NCBI GenBank assembly: GCA_963762335.1
Contig: CAVXKU010000019.1
Coordinates: 19,765 to 83,764 of the forward strand
Direction: 5' to 3'
Length of the DNA: 64,000 nucleotides
DNA from: an uncultured Alphaproteobacteria bacterium
GTDB lineage: Bacteria > Pseudomonadota > Alphaproteobacteria > Rhizobiales > Beijerinckiaceae
In this document: positions 42,731-53,403 of the stretch, in pieces
Position numbering within the stretch: the first letter of the stretch is position 1
Layout of the letters: every line of letters starts with the position of its first letter
The notes under the pieces: model-generated
What the model was told of the DNA's origin: nothing
Seen by the model: the letters and a program-made list of their open reading frames with translations, nothing else
Databases searched by the model: none
Program-made: the position numbers and the translations under genes

Positions 42731-43642
42731 TCAGTGCGCGGTAGCCCCATCCAGCGTCAAGTCCGCGTCGGCGAGAATGTAGCGCACATAGCGGGTGTCG
42801 CGGATGAAGCTGATCTCGCCCTCCCGCCACTCGAGCCACATCACGTAGCTCGGCTTTGGATCAGCCCGATCTTCGAACACCGCAACCACTTCACGTCCCT
42901 CGATCCAGGCCGGGCTCAGCGAGACGCGATCCATCTTGGCGTAGATCGTGAAGAACATGCCGACGTCCGCCGCGCCCACCCGGACAGGATGCGAGGATTG
43001 CTTAAGCCTGACATCCTGCGCGAGCAGCGCCCGCAGCCCCTCCCAGTCGCGCTGGTTGAACAGCGCCACGAACCGCGCGACCTCCGGCGATGGAGAGCGG
43101 TCAACGGCTCGCGGCGGCGGATGCGCGTTGATTTCTTTCAGCCGCGTCCGGCCGCGCGCGAGATGGCCCTTCACGGCGTTGACCGTGGTGTCGAGAAGCG
43201 CGGCAATGTCTTCGAGAGAATGGCCGAGCACGTCCTTCAGGATGACGACGCTGCGCTGGGCAATGGGAAGCTCGACAAATCGCGACACGGCCGCCCTGAC
43301 CGCTTCCTGGCGCATCAGGCCCTCCAAGGGGTCGGCAGCCTCTGAATCCGGCGTCTCCGCCGCAGCCTCGAGAGGCTCGGCCGCGCGAAGGGCGCGGCTG
43401 CGCAGGAGGTCGAGCGCCCGGTTGTGCGCGATGCGGAACAGCCAGGCGCGCATGGACGGCGCCGCCTCCAGGGTCTTCAGCGCCACGAAGGCGCTGGCCA
43501 GGCTGTCCTGGACGACATCCTCGCCGTCCATGACCGAACCGGTCAGGCGGGCGCAATAGCGGTGCAGTTCGGGCCGCAGGTCCTCGACAAGAGCGAGAAA
43601 TTCCGAAAGGTCGACACCGCCTGCTGGCCGTTCGTGGTTCAA
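42731..43642 (-). CDS. ECF sigma factor with C-terminal SnoaL-like extension
   Basis: LHRYCARLTGS..D.EDVVQD, WLFRIAHN, region-4 HTH, C-terminal FVALFNQRDW. Confidence 0.9.
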   Translation of the reverse strand: MNHERPAGGVDLSEFLALVEDLRPELHRYCARLTGSVMDGEDVVQDSLASAFVALKTLEAAPSMRAWLFRIAHNRALDLLRSRALRAAEPLEAAAETPDSEAADPLEGLMRQEAVRAAVSRFVELPIAQRSVVILKDVLGHSLEDIAALLDTTVNAVKGHLARGRTRLKEINAHPPPRAVDRSPSPEVARFVALFNQRDWEGLRALLAQDVRLKQSSHPVRVGAADVGMFFTIYAKMDRVSLSPAWIEGREVVAVFEDRADPKPSYVMWLEWREGEISFIRDTRYVRYILADADLTLDGATAH

Positions 43643-44397
43643 GCCGGTTTCCCTTCGAGCACGCTGATCCCCACATCGCCTTTTAGCCCGAGAGCGATCG
43701 CCGTGTCGTATTCAGGCTCGTTGAGGATCCGCACCACGTGCTCGCCGAACAGACGCGGCGGCAGGGCCGCGCCAAACCGGGCAAGAAAAGCCTCAGGTTC
43801 GATCCCGGCGGCGCGGGCGTAAGATCTGGAGGCTTCCCCGCCGACCCCTGTCCCGCCGATTATCTGCATCGGAACGATCGCCTGAAACCGGATGCCGAGG
43901 CCCTTCTTGTCGGAGATCCCGTCGGCGTATTTGGCCATCAACCATAGCATCCGCTTGGCTCCGGCGTAGCCGCCCGACAAAGGCGAGCCCTGCTGGGCCG
44001 CGCCGCTCGAGCCGACCAGGACCCGGGCGCCCGGCGCGAGCGGGAGATTCAATGCGGCCTGCAGCCAATAAAGACCGCCTTTCACATCCGTGTCCCAGGG
44101 CTTCGTGAAGTCCTCCCAGCTCAGGGCATCGATCGGCCCCATGCGCGGCGTCGCGCCGGCGTTCAAAATGAGAACGTCCGGGCGAGTCTCGACAAGGATT
44201 TGCTTCGCAGCCCGCTCGTCCGTGATGTCGGCCGAAATCGTCTTGACGCCGAGGCGGGCGCTGACCGCCTCGAGGTCCCCGGCGCTTCGGGCGACCACGC
44301 TGACCTTGGCCCCTTGATCAACGAGGGCCTCGACCAGGCCGAGGCCGAGACCTCGGCTCCCGCCTGTCACGACGACGATCTTATCCTTGAGGCTCAT
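43639..44397 (-). CDS. SDR oxidoreductase, translationally coupled to the ECF sigma
   Basis: TGGSRGLG, LNAG, YAGAK; stop overlaps the sigma start. Confidence 0.88.
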   Translation of the reverse strand: MSLKDKIVVVTGGSRGLGLGLVEALVDQGAKVSVVARSAGDLEAVSARLGVKTISADITDERAAKQILVETRPDVLILNAGATPRMGPIDALSWEDFTKPWDTDVKGGLYWLQAALNLPLAPGARVLVGSSGAAQQGSPLSGGYAGAKRMLWLMAKYADGISDKKGLGIRFQAIVPMQIIGGTGVGGEASRSYARAAGIEPEAFLARFGAALPPRLFGEHVVRILNEPEYDTAIALGLKGDVGISVLEGKPA

Positions 44398-44520
44398 GGG
44401 TTCGCTCCGTTGGTGTCTAAGAGCGAAGACGAATGGCGCTGCAAAAAAGAGCCACGGGCGGGTCGCTCGGGAAGCTCGCCCGGCCGGACTGCTCTGCGGA
44501 CCTTCGACCAGCTGCCCTCG

Positions 44521-44932
44521 TCAGCTCGGCCGTGTCGCGAACTCGATCCGAAGGCCGCCGGGTATGGCGCAGATGAAGTGATGGGTGGTCGAGCCCGGGC
44601 GGACCGGCTCAGGATTGAACTCGAGCACGACGCCCGGATGGTTGCGAACGCGCTCGTGGACTATTGCGAGCGCCGCCTCGATCCGCGACCGCGAGCGCGA
44701 GGTGGTGCAGGCCGATATTGGTCTTGCGGTTGAAGGCGACCGCGTTTTCAGGATCGGTGACGCGCCAGATGGTGAGAGTGACAGTCCCGTCCGAAACGAA
44801 CACGGCCGGGTAGGCGTCGTTACGTGCCACTTCCTTGAAGCCCAGAGTTCCGCAGAAGAAACTCGTGGCCTCGTCGAGGTCGCGAACGGCGAGGCCGACA
44901 TGGTGCACGCCTTGGGTCAGAGCGTCGGGCAA
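44521..44932 (-). CDS. VOC/glyoxalase-family protein; indel near 44680
   Basis: GVHHVGLAV.DL....FF, GLHHLAL, PGGLRIEF. Confidence 0.85.
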
Positions 44933-44964
44933 AGTTCTGTCCTTTCAAACTTGGGATGAGCGGC

Positions 44965-45985
44965 TCAAGGCTTGGCGCCGGTCAGGCTCGTCACCAGGGC
45001 CTGCCCCACGCGCTCTGGGTCCTGAAGCCACCCGGCGTGGCCGAGGTCGGGAAACTCGATCAGCTTGCGCGTTAGGAAAGCGGCGCACCGCAGCTTTGCC
45101 GAGTTCGGGATAGTGGCCCAATGTCTCGCGCACGGCTGGGGGCGCATTGTCCTTGCCGAGCGCGGTCGTGTCCTTGTCGCCAATGATCAGGACGACCGGC
45201 GTCTTGATCTGCTCGAATTCATAGAACACCGGCTGGGTATAGATCATGTCGTAAAGCGCAGCGCTGTTGCGCGCGACAAGCTCCTTGCCGGGCCCGGCGA
45301 ACATCCCAGTGTACATCTGCACCCAGCGCTCGTAGGCCGGCTTCCAGGTCCCGGCATAGTAGGTGCTCTGCTCATATTTCCGGAGCCCTGCGGCATTGGT
45401 CTTGCGCTCGCGCGCCTCCCATTGATCGAGGCTCAGCCACGGCGCCCCCTTGGCTTTCCAGTCCTCGAGGCCGATCGGGCTGATCATCGCCAGCTGTTCG
45501 ACGTCGTCGGGATACATCAGCGCGTAACGCATGCCGAGCATTCCGCCGGTGGAATGCGCGACGATCGTCACCTTGGAGATGCCGAGCGACGCCAGCAGAG
45601 CATGGGTGTTGGCCGCGAGCTGCTGAAAGGTGAACACGTAGTGCTCCGGCTTCGTCGACTTGCAGAAGCCGATCTGGTCGACCGCGATGACCCGGAACCC
45701 CGCGTCGCGGAGCCTGTCGAGCAGACTGTCCCAACTGGCCGAGCAGAAGTTCTTGCCGTGGAACATGACCACGGTCCGCCCATTGGGCTTGGCCGGCGCC
45801 AAGTCCATGTAGGCCATGCTCATCGCCTCCCCCTGAGACGTGAAGGCGAAGCGTTGAACCGGATACGGATAGTCGAACCCTTCAAGCTCCGCGCCATATT
45901 GGGCGTCCGCGGGCTGATCCTCAGCGAAGGCCGGCGTCCAGGCCAAGAGCGCGAGGCCCACGACGAGCTGCGCCGCGATTCTCAA
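44965..45985 (-). CDS. Secreted alpha/beta hydrolase; indel near the 3' end
   Basis: Signal peptide, HGKNF, DQIGF.KS, HSTGG, GH..W.QDP. Confidence 0.88.
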
Positions 45986-46197
45986 GCACAGCGAAAATCA
46001 TGCGGTTGATCGCGCAGTTGCGGCGGGTCGTGTTGTGGAGGCTCATGGTGTTCACTCGTCGTGAGTTTCCATACTAGCCCGAAGCAATCTGCCCGTCCTC
46101 CGCTTCGAGGGCGCCGGCTTCGTGATCGGCGAGACGCAGAACGTCGACGGGGCAACGCACCGGCCAATGAGCCCGCGCGCAGGGGGCTTCGGTCCCC

Positions 46198-46250
46198 TTG
46201 ACTCATCCATAGCTACACGGTTATGGATTGATTCATAGCCAAATGGTTAT
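46198..46250 (+). promoter_or_regulatory. Promoter with tandem ArsR-type palindromic operators
   Basis: TTGACT -35; ATCCATAGCtacacGGTTATGGAT and CATAGCcaaatGGTTAT immediately before the ArsR ATG. Confidence 0.65.
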
Positions 46251-46259
46251 CGATCAAAC

Positions 46260-46583
46260 ATGACCAACGCCCACGACGCCCTGTTCCGGACGCTCGCCGA
46301 CCCGACCAGGCGGGCGATTTTCGAGCGCCTCTGCCGCCAGGGCGAGCAGACGGTCGGGGCGCTGACGGCTCAAGCGGGGATCTCGCAGCCGGCCGTCTCC
46401 AAGCATCTTCGGGTGCTGAAGCAGGCTGGGCTCGCGCGCGATCGCCATGCGGGCCGTCAGACTCACTACAGCGCCGAGGTCGGGGCGTTGGGCCCGCTCA
46501 TCGACTGGACAAGCCAGATGAAGGCGTTCTGGGAGAACCGGTTCGACGGCCTCGAAGATCTGCTCAAAAGGATGGACCAATGA
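46260..46583 (+). CDS. ArsR/SmtB-family transcriptional regulator
   Basis: FRTLADPTRR, SQPAVSKHL.VL. Confidence 0.93.
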   Translation: MTNAHDALFRTLADPTRRAIFERLCRQGEQTVGALTAQAGISQPAVSKHLRVLKQAGLARDRHAGRQTHYSAEVGALGPLIDWTSQMKAFWENRFDGLEDLLKRMDQ

Positions 46584-47017
46584 GCAAGCAACCGAACACC
46601 GGCTCCAAAGAGTTAGCGGAGCCCTCGCCCTCGCAGCTGATCGACGGGCGGATCAAGGAGCTCGGCGACTGGCGCGGCGAGACGCTGGCCCGGGTGCGAA
46701 AGCTCATCAGGGAGGCCGACCCGGAAACGGTCGAGGAATGGAAGTGGAGAGGCGTTCCGGTGTGGTCGCATGACGGCATTATCTGCACCGGCGAGACCTA
46801 CAAGGCCGTCGTCAAGCTGACCTTCGCCAAGGGCGCGGCGCTCGACGATCCCAAAGGCCTCTTCAATTCGAGCCTCGAGGGAAACACCAGGCGAGCCATC
46901 GACATTCATGAGGGCGAGCCAATCGACGAAGGAGCGCTGAAGGCGCTCATTCGCGCCGCCGTGGCGCTGAATACGTCAAAGCGCCCGGCCGCTCGCCCCA
47001 CCCGTTCGAAGAAGTGA
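46580..47017 (+). CDS. DUF1801 (YdhG-like) protein
   Basis: DWRGETLARVR, EEWKW, LTFAKGA, FNSSLEGNTRRAID. Confidence 0.88.
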   Translation: MSKQPNTGSKELAEPSPSQLIDGRIKELGDWRGETLARVRKLIREADPETVEEWKWRGVPVWSHDGIICTGETYKAVVKLTFAKGAALDDPKGLFNSSLEGNTRRAIDIHEGEPIDEGALKALIRAAVALNTSKRPAARPTRSKK

Positions 47018-47028
47018 AGGATAAACCC

Positions 47029-47439
47029 ATGACCGTAGCCGCCACCGAAACCCGCACCGTCGTCGTCGAACGCGAGATCCCTTATGCGCCGGAAAAGATC
47101 TGGCGCGCGCTGACGCAGCCACATCTGATTGAGGAATGGCTGATGAAGAACGACTTCGAGCCGGTCGTGGACCACAAGTTCAACCTTCGCGGCGACTGGG
47201 GCGCCGTCGATTGCCAGGTTCTCAAGATCCAGCCGCACAAGTCGCTGTCCTACAGCTGGGCGGCTCATGGGCTGGAGAGCGTCGTCACCTGGACGCTCAC
47301 CCCGACGAGCAAAGGCACGAATCTGCGGATGGAGCAGACGGGCTTCCGGCCGGATCAGGAGCAGGCCTACCGGGGCGCCAAGATGGGTTGGGGCAACTTC
47401 TTCGCCAAGCTGGAGCAGGTGCTGGCCCGGAAGGCGTGA
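47029..47439 (+). CDS. SRPBCC/AHSA1-like (START) domain protein
   Basis: PEKIWRALT, LSYSW, VTWTLTP, GW..F. Confidence 0.9.
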   Translation: MTVAATETRTVVVEREIPYAPEKIWRALTQPHLIEEWLMKNDFEPVVDHKFNLRGDWGAVDCQVLKIQPHKSLSYSWAAHGLESVVTWTLTPTSKGTNLRMEQTGFRPDQEQAYRGAKMGWGNFFAKLEQVLARKA

Positions 47440-47571
47440 CGGGAGGCGCCGGCAATCGACAGGCTGACCAAAGACCCGACGTAACAAGGCGCAGGACTGA
47501 AGCGTAAGAGTTGCGCGGATGCCGGGAAACGGCCCTGGGCGAGAGTCCGCGGGTCAAACGTAATACGCCTC

Positions 47572-47952
47572 ATGTCGACGCTCACGCATTTTGAAGCTCT
47601 TGGCGCGGCTCTCGCTGGGAACCACCATTCCGCCATCATCTACGCCCGCGCGGATGGCGGCATCGGCTTCTGGAACGCCGGCGCAGAGGCTTTGTTCGGC
47701 CACTCGCCGGAAGAGGCCTTGGGCAAACGGGTCGATCTGATCGTGCCAGAGGAATATCGGGCGATGCACTGGGCCGGATTCGCGCGGGCGATCGGCTCCG
47801 CGTGGCGGGGCAGCGCTGGCTGGGGTCCGGTCGAAGGCTTGCACAAGAATGGCGAGCGCGTTGCGCTCGAGGTCTTTCTCACGCCCATTCAGGAAGCGGA
47901 CGAACACGCTTCAGGCGTGCTCGGGTTGTTTCGCGTTCCGGTGCGAGACTAA
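47572..47952 (+). CDS. Stand-alone PAS-domain protein
   Basis: AII.AD.G.I.FWNAGAE.LFG.S.EEALG, LIVPE, HKNG. Confidence 0.85.
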   Translation: MSTLTHFEALGAALAGNHHSAIIYARADGGIGFWNAGAEALFGHSPEEALGKRVDLIVPEEYRAMHWAGFARAIGSAWRGSAGWGPVEGLHKNGERVALEVFLTPIQEADEHASGVLGLFRVPVRD

Positions 47953-48189
47953 ATATCTTCAACTCGCAAGCTGTAACGGCCGATCGCCGCGAGACTTGCG
48001 AGGAAAAAATGGGCGCTCAACGTCGCGCGCGAGAGCTTGTTTGTGATGCTCGCCTTGGTCTCGTCGAAGCCGTGCTCGCTAAGCCGCAGCGCCAAGTTCC
48101 TCGTAGGTCACGCCAGCGCGTTTGAGTTCTGCCTTTAGATGTCTGGCGACGCGCTCCGCCCATTCCTTCTCGCTCTCCGCGAACGCCAT
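47949..48189 (-). CDS. DUF6471-like small HTH protein; one-base indel, absent from the ORF track
   Basis: Manual translation: MAFAESEKEWAERVARHLKAELKRAGVTYEEL/ALRLSEHGFDETKASITNKLSRATLSAHFFLASLAAIGRYSLRVEDI*; AAGGA RBS. Confidence 0.75.
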
Positions 48190-48240
48190 CCCGTCCTTGC
48201 TCTCGCTTCCGAGCGATCGCTATCGCAAACGATGTTTCCC

Positions 48241-48272
48241 TTGACCGGTCCTATCATATCCGATAGCATAAT
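48241..48272 (+). promoter_or_regulatory. Divergent promoter region with palindromic operator
   Basis: TTGACC...CTATCatatccGATAG...CATAAT between the DUF6471-like and PEP-CTERM genes. Confidence 0.45.
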
Positions 48273-48483
48273 CTCGTATCCGAGAGTTCTGAGATGTCCC
48301 CGCACTTTTTCGTGACACGCCGAGGGCCAGGCGCAATGCAGTTCAGGGCGGCCACGCTCGTGGGATCGGCGACGTCACGTCGGGCTCAACGGCGAACGTT
48401 TGACGGTCCGACTTCTCACGGATCGATTCGCTATCGCTTGGGACGAAGCTGCCTTAGCGCTTCTCACAAGGGGGATACGCGCC

Positions 48484-49236
48484 ATGTCGATCGCATCCAG
48501 GATATTTCTCGCCGCCACGCTTGCGGCGGGTCTCATGGTTTCAGGCGGCGCGCACGCCGCGGTGCAGGGCTTCTCGATAGCCCTTACCGACATGACGTTC
48601 GAACGCGGCAGCAATCTTTCGGCGGAGGCGGCGGCGTTCGGCGGTCAGCCGGCAATAGAGCTTCCGAACAATGGATCCTACAGCGAGACGCTCACCGGCG
48701 ATTACGCGGTCTCCGACACTCTGCCGCCGTCGGATCAATCGGTATTTTGGCAGACGTTCACCCAAATCTCGCTAAACGGCAATCCGTTTTTCACGGAAAA
48801 TGCGATCGTCGGGCCGGAAAGCCAGGACGACATTTGGAGCGCCATCCTTAACGTCACGGGCTTAACCAAAGCGCAACTCGCGGTGCTAAAAGCCGTCCTC
48901 GTGAACCATAATGTTTTGAACACTGGAGGCGAATTCGACTACGCCTATAACCCGCCCCCTTCCGCGGGCGATCGGACGGTCGGCACTTTTGCTGTCGGCT
49001 CCGACAAGAGCCTCACCTCCACCGAGGACTTCGGCCCCTACGTGGACCCATTCACCGCCTTCGAGTCAATCTCTGTTCCTGACGGCCCAAATGTTTGGTC
49101 GCTGACCTTCTCCGCCACGGTTGCCACCATTCCCGAGCCGCCAACTTGGCTGATGCTCATGGCGGGGGGCGCGGGTCTTCTAATCATCCGAGGTCTGGCG
49201 CGCCGCCCGGGAGTCGCGCGCCGAGTCCCCGCTTAA
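48484..49236 (+). CDS. PEP-CTERM sorting-domain secreted protein
   Basis: Signal peptide ending AHA; C-terminal IPEPPTWLMLMAGGAGLLIIRGLARR. Confidence 0.85.
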   Translation: MSIASRIFLAATLAAGLMVSGGAHAAVQGFSIALTDMTFERGSNLSAEAAAFGGQPAIELPNNGSYSETLTGDYAVSDTLPPSDQSVFWQTFTQISLNGNPFFTENAIVGPESQDDIWSAILNVTGLTKAQLAVLKAVLVNHNVLNTGGEFDYAYNPPPSAGDRTVGTFAVGSDKSLTSTEDFGPYVDPFTAFESISVPDGPNVWSLTFSATVATIPEPPTWLMLMAGGAGLLIIRGLARRPGVARRVPA

Positions 49237-49243
49237 GGCGCTC

Positions 49244-51246
49244 TCACCGCGCCCGGTTCTCGTGGAAGAAGTCGTAGACGAGCTTCGCCGTCGCGGCGTT
49301 GAGGCCCGGCGTCTTTTCGAGATCGGATAGGCCGGCTTTCGCGACGTCCTTGGCCGAGCCGAAGGCGAACAGAAGCGCGCGCTTGCGCGCCGGGCCGATG
49401 CCGGGAATTTCGTCGAGCGGGCTCTTCACGAACTCCTTCTTGCGCCGCGCGCGGTGGGTCCCGATGGCGAAGCGGTGCGCCTCGTCGCGCAGGCGCTGGA
49501 TGAAGAACAGCGCCGGATCGCGCGGGCTGAGCCTGAACGGCTCGCGCCCCTCGACGAAGAAGGTCTCGCGCCCGCGTTGCGGTCGGGGCCCTTGGCGATC
49601 GCGACCAGCCTCACGCCCTCGACGCCGAGCGCGCCGAGCACCTCGCGCGCCGCCTCGAACTGCCCGCGCCCGCCGTCGATGATGACGAGATCGGGCGTGT
49701 CGGGAAAGGCGCCGGGCTCCGCCGTCTCGCCTTGCCGCTTCAGGCGGGCAAAGCGGCGCGTCAGCACTTCGCGCATCATCGCGTAATCGTCGCCGGGCGT
49801 CAGATCCACGCTCTTGATGTTGAAGGTGCGATACTGGTTCTTGACGAAGCCTTCGGGGCCGGCGACCACCATCGCGCCGATCGCGTTCGTCCCCATGATG
49901 TGGGAATTGTCGTAGATCTCGACCCGCCGGATCGGATGGTCGACGCCGAAGGCCTCGCTCAGCGCAACGATCAGCTTCTCCTGGGTCGCCGATTCCGCGA
50001 GCTTGCGCGACAAAGCCTGTTGCGCGTTGCGCATCGCGGCGTCGACCAGATCCTTCTTTTCGCCGCGCCGGGGCGCGCCGATGGCGATGCGATGTCCGAC
50101 GCGCGCGCTCAAGACTTCGGCCAAGGTCTCGGCGCTCGGAACGTCGTGGCTCAAGAGCACGAGGCGCGGCGCGGGCCGGTCGAGGTAGAATTGCGACAGG
50201 AACGCGTCGAGCACCTCCTCGCGCGACAGAGCCCGATCGGCGCGCGGAAAATAGGCGCGGTTGCCCCAGTTCTGGTAGGTGCGGAAGAAGAACACTTCGA
50301 CGCAGAACTGCCCCGCCTCTTCGGTGACCGCGAACACGTCGGCTTCGGCGATCGAGCGAGGATTGACGCTCTGCTCGCCCTGAATCGCGGAGAGCGCGCT
50401 GATGCGGTCGCGGAGCCGCGCCGCGCTTTCGAAATCGAGCGCCGCGGCGGCCTCGTTCATTGCGTGGCCAAGGCGGTTCTTGATCGCGCGGCTGCGGCCG
50501 GACAGGAAATCGCGCGCTTCACTCACCAGGTTCGCATAGTCGTCGAGCGCGATCTCGCCGGTGCATGGCGCCGAGCAGCGCTTGATCTGGTGGAGCAGGC
50601 ACGGCCGGGTTCGATTGGCGTAAAAACTGTCCGAGCAGGTGCGCAGGAGAAACGCCCGCTGCAGCGCGTTGAGGGTGCGAAACACCGCGCCGGCGCTCGC
50701 GAACGGACCGAAATAGTCGCCGGCCACGCTTCGCGCGCCGCGATGCTTGATCAGCCTCGCCGCCGGATGATCGGTGCAGATCAGGATATAGGGGAAGCTC
50801 TTGTCGTCGCGCAGCGTGACGTTGTAGCGGGGCTTGAGCTGCTTGATGAGATTGGCCTCGAGCAGCAGCGCCTCGGCGTCCGATTCGGTGGTGACGAACA
50901 CCATCGAATGGGTCTGCGCCACCATGCGCGCGATGCGGCTCTGCTGGCGCTCGGGCGCCATATAGGCGGCGATGCGCTTCTTGATCGAGCGCGCCTTGCC
51001 GACATAGAGCACCTCGCCCTCGGACCCGATCATCCGGTAGACGCCCGGCCCCGAGGGCGCATGACGCCAGAAGGCGCGGATCGTCTCGGCGCCGCGCGCG
51101 ACGCGCGAAGGCTCAGCCGGCGGCTCGTCGAGGGTGATGTCGAGAGGAGCGGAATCGGGCGCGAGCTCGCGCGCGAGCGCGGCTTCTTCCCGCGCCTCGG
51201 CCGCGGGCGCTTCGCCTGGAGGGAAGGTGTTCGGTGCGCCGCTCAT
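49244..51246 (-). CDS. uvrC: Excinuclease ABC subunit C; frameshift near 49570
   Basis: [43 protein letters not shown]-terminal HhH IPGIG. Confidence 0.96.
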
Positions 51247-51554
51247 GGGGGCCTTATCTAGGCGCAGGCGGCTGCGGTGGGAATAGGTGGGCCGCGAACG
51301 CGCCGCCGCGGTTCTTCAGCCGCCTCCCTTCGCCTGCGGTCGTGGACGGCGCGCCTGGCGTAGCGGTAATTTTACCGGCGCGCCCCAATGTTTTCAGTGA
51401 CTTGCGACCCCGTTTAGTTCCGCCCTCAAAAATCGCGCGGATCGTCCCGACCGGGACACGCGCAATCAAACATATTAACATATGATTATGTTATATGGCT
51501 CGAAGCTGCGCCTTTGGCCGACAGCGATCAATCCGGCGGTTGGCGCGGGCGCGC

Positions 51555-51570
51555 TTAACGGATTATTAAC
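51555..51570 (+). promoter_or_regulatory. Perfect CtrA box, with a near-consensus second site at 51475-51489
   Basis: TTAA-cggatta-TTAAC; second site TTAA-catatga-TTAT. Confidence 0.6.
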
Positions 51571-51672
51571 CTTGGCTCGCGGCGGCGGCGGACAGGCCGC
51601 GGGCGGGAGTGCGTTCAGCGTGCGTTTCACCATCAAGGAGCCGGTCAAGGCGTTTCCGCGGGCCTCGCGCTC

Positions 51673-52176
51673 ATGTCCGCGTGCGCGGCGCTCAGCGGCT
51701 GCAACGATGTCGCCGCCACTCCGCCGAGCGCGGATGCGCAGCGGCGCAGTTCGCCATGCGCGACGACGCCAATATGGCTGGCGCCACGGTCGCGATCGTC
51801 TCGGTCGACGGCGCCGCCGGCCGATCTTTCGACGCGCTTTCGCCAGAGCCTCGACGAGGCGGCCGCGGCGCGCCGGATCGCGGTCGCGGCGCCGGCCAAG
51901 GCGCGCTATCTCGTGCGCGGCTATGTCACCGCTTCCCTGATCGAGGGCGGAGCGGAGGTCGATATCGTCTGGGACGTGTTCACGCCGGACAAGAAGCGCG
52001 CCCAGCGGCTCAGCGACGCGATTGCGGTCAAGGGCTCCGGCGACGACGCCTGGGCGATGATCGACGATGCGGCGCTGAACAGCGTCGCCGCCAAATGCGC
52101 CGACGATCTCGCCGCCTATCTCTCCAACACCCCGGAAGCCGCGCCCGCGAGCGCGGCTCTCAGCTACGCGCAATAG
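51673..52176 (+). CDS. Hypothetical lipoprotein upstream of prs; probable compensating indels
   Basis: LSGC lipobox; Y.VRGY, VWDVF..K.RAQR. Confidence 0.7.
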   Translation: MSACAALSGCNDVAATPPSADAQRRSSPCATTPIWLAPRSRSSRSTAPPADLSTRFRQSLDEAAAARRIAVAAPAKARYLVRGYVTASLIEGGAEVDIVWDVFTPDKKRAQRLSDAIAVKGSGDDAWAMIDDAALNSVAAKCADDLAAYLSNTPEAAPASAALSYAQ

Positions 52177-52324
52177 CTTTTTCTTGTGGACATCCGCGCC
52201 GGCTCCCGCCGCTGTGATCTCATTGTCATGTTGTTCGCGCGTCCGGGCGCTGCTATGACCCGCCGCGCCCGCGCTAAAGCGCGCTTCGAGCGCGCGTTTG
52301 GAGAAGAGGCCCGTGCCCGGCAAG

Positions 52325-53260
52325 ATGAAGATTTTGGCCGGCAATTCCAACCGGCCGCTGGCCGAGGCGATCGCCGCCTATCTCGGCGAGCCGCTGACCG
52401 CCTGCCATGTCCGCCGCTTCGCCGACCTCGAGATCTTCGTCGAAATCCTCGAAAACGTGCGCGGACGCGACACCTTCATCATCCAGTCGACGTCCTATCC
52501 GGCGAACGACAATCTGATGGAGCTGCTCATCATGATCGACGCGCTGCGGCGCGCCTCGGCGCAACGCATCACGGCGGTCATCCCCTATTTCGGCTATGCG
52601 CGGCAGGACCGAAAGCCGGGACCGCGCTCGCCCATCTCGGCCAAGCTCGTGGCCAATCTCATCACCCGCGCCGGCGCCGACCGGGTGCTGACGGTCGATC
52701 TGCACGCCGGCCAGATCCAGGGATTCTTCGACATTCCGACCGACAATCTGTTCGGCGCCCCGACCATGGTGCGCGACATCCAGGCCCATCATAACGGCAG
52801 CAAGAACGTGATGGTCGTGTCCCCCGACGTCGGCGGCGTGGTGCGCGCCCGCGCGCTCGCCAAGCGGCTCGACGCGCCGCTCGCCATCGTCGACAAGCGG
52901 CGCGAACGGGCGGGCGAATCGGAAGTGATGAACGTGATCGGCGACATCGCCGGGCGCCATTGCGTCCTGCTCGACGACATCGTCGATTCGGGCGGCACGC
53001 TCTGCAACGCCGCCGACGCGTTGCTCGAAGGCGGCGCGGCGAGCGTATCGGCCTACATCACCCACGGCGTGCTCTCGGGCGGGGCGGTCGCGCGCGTCGC
53101 CGCATCCAAGCTCAGCGAACTGGTGCTGACCGACACGATCCAGCCGACCGAAGCGGTGCGGGTCGCGCGCAACATTCGCGTGATCTCGATCGCGCCTCTG
53201 ATCGGCGAGGCGATCGGCCGCATCGCCAAGGAAGAAAGCGTCTCGTCGCTGTTCAACTAG
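52325..53260 (+). CDS. prs: Ribose-phosphate pyrophosphokinase
   Basis: [45 protein letters not shown]. Confidence 0.97.
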   Translation: MKILAGNSNRPLAEAIAAYLGEPLTACHVRRFADLEIFVEILENVRGRDTFIIQSTSYPANDNLMELLIMIDALRRASAQRITAVIPYFGYARQDRKPGPRSPISAKLVANLITRAGADRVLTVDLHAGQIQGFFDIPTDNLFGAPTMVRDIQAHHNGSKNVMVVSPDVGGVVRARALAKRLDAPLAIVDKRRERAGESEVMNVIGDIAGRHCVLLDDIVDSGGTLCNAADALLEGGAASVSAYITHGVLSGGAVARVAASKLSELVLTDTIQPTEAVRVARNIRVISIAPLIGEAIGRIAKEESVSSLFN

Positions 53261-53403
53261 CTGGCGCCGACGCGGCGTTGCACAGCCGCGCCCTCGCCGA
53301 CCTCGAACGTCGGAATCATTTCATCGACGCGCACGGTCATTTCGCCGTCATGACGCAGGCGCAAATCCTCGCCTCCGCAATTCTGCGCGGGAGGGGATGA
53401 ATC

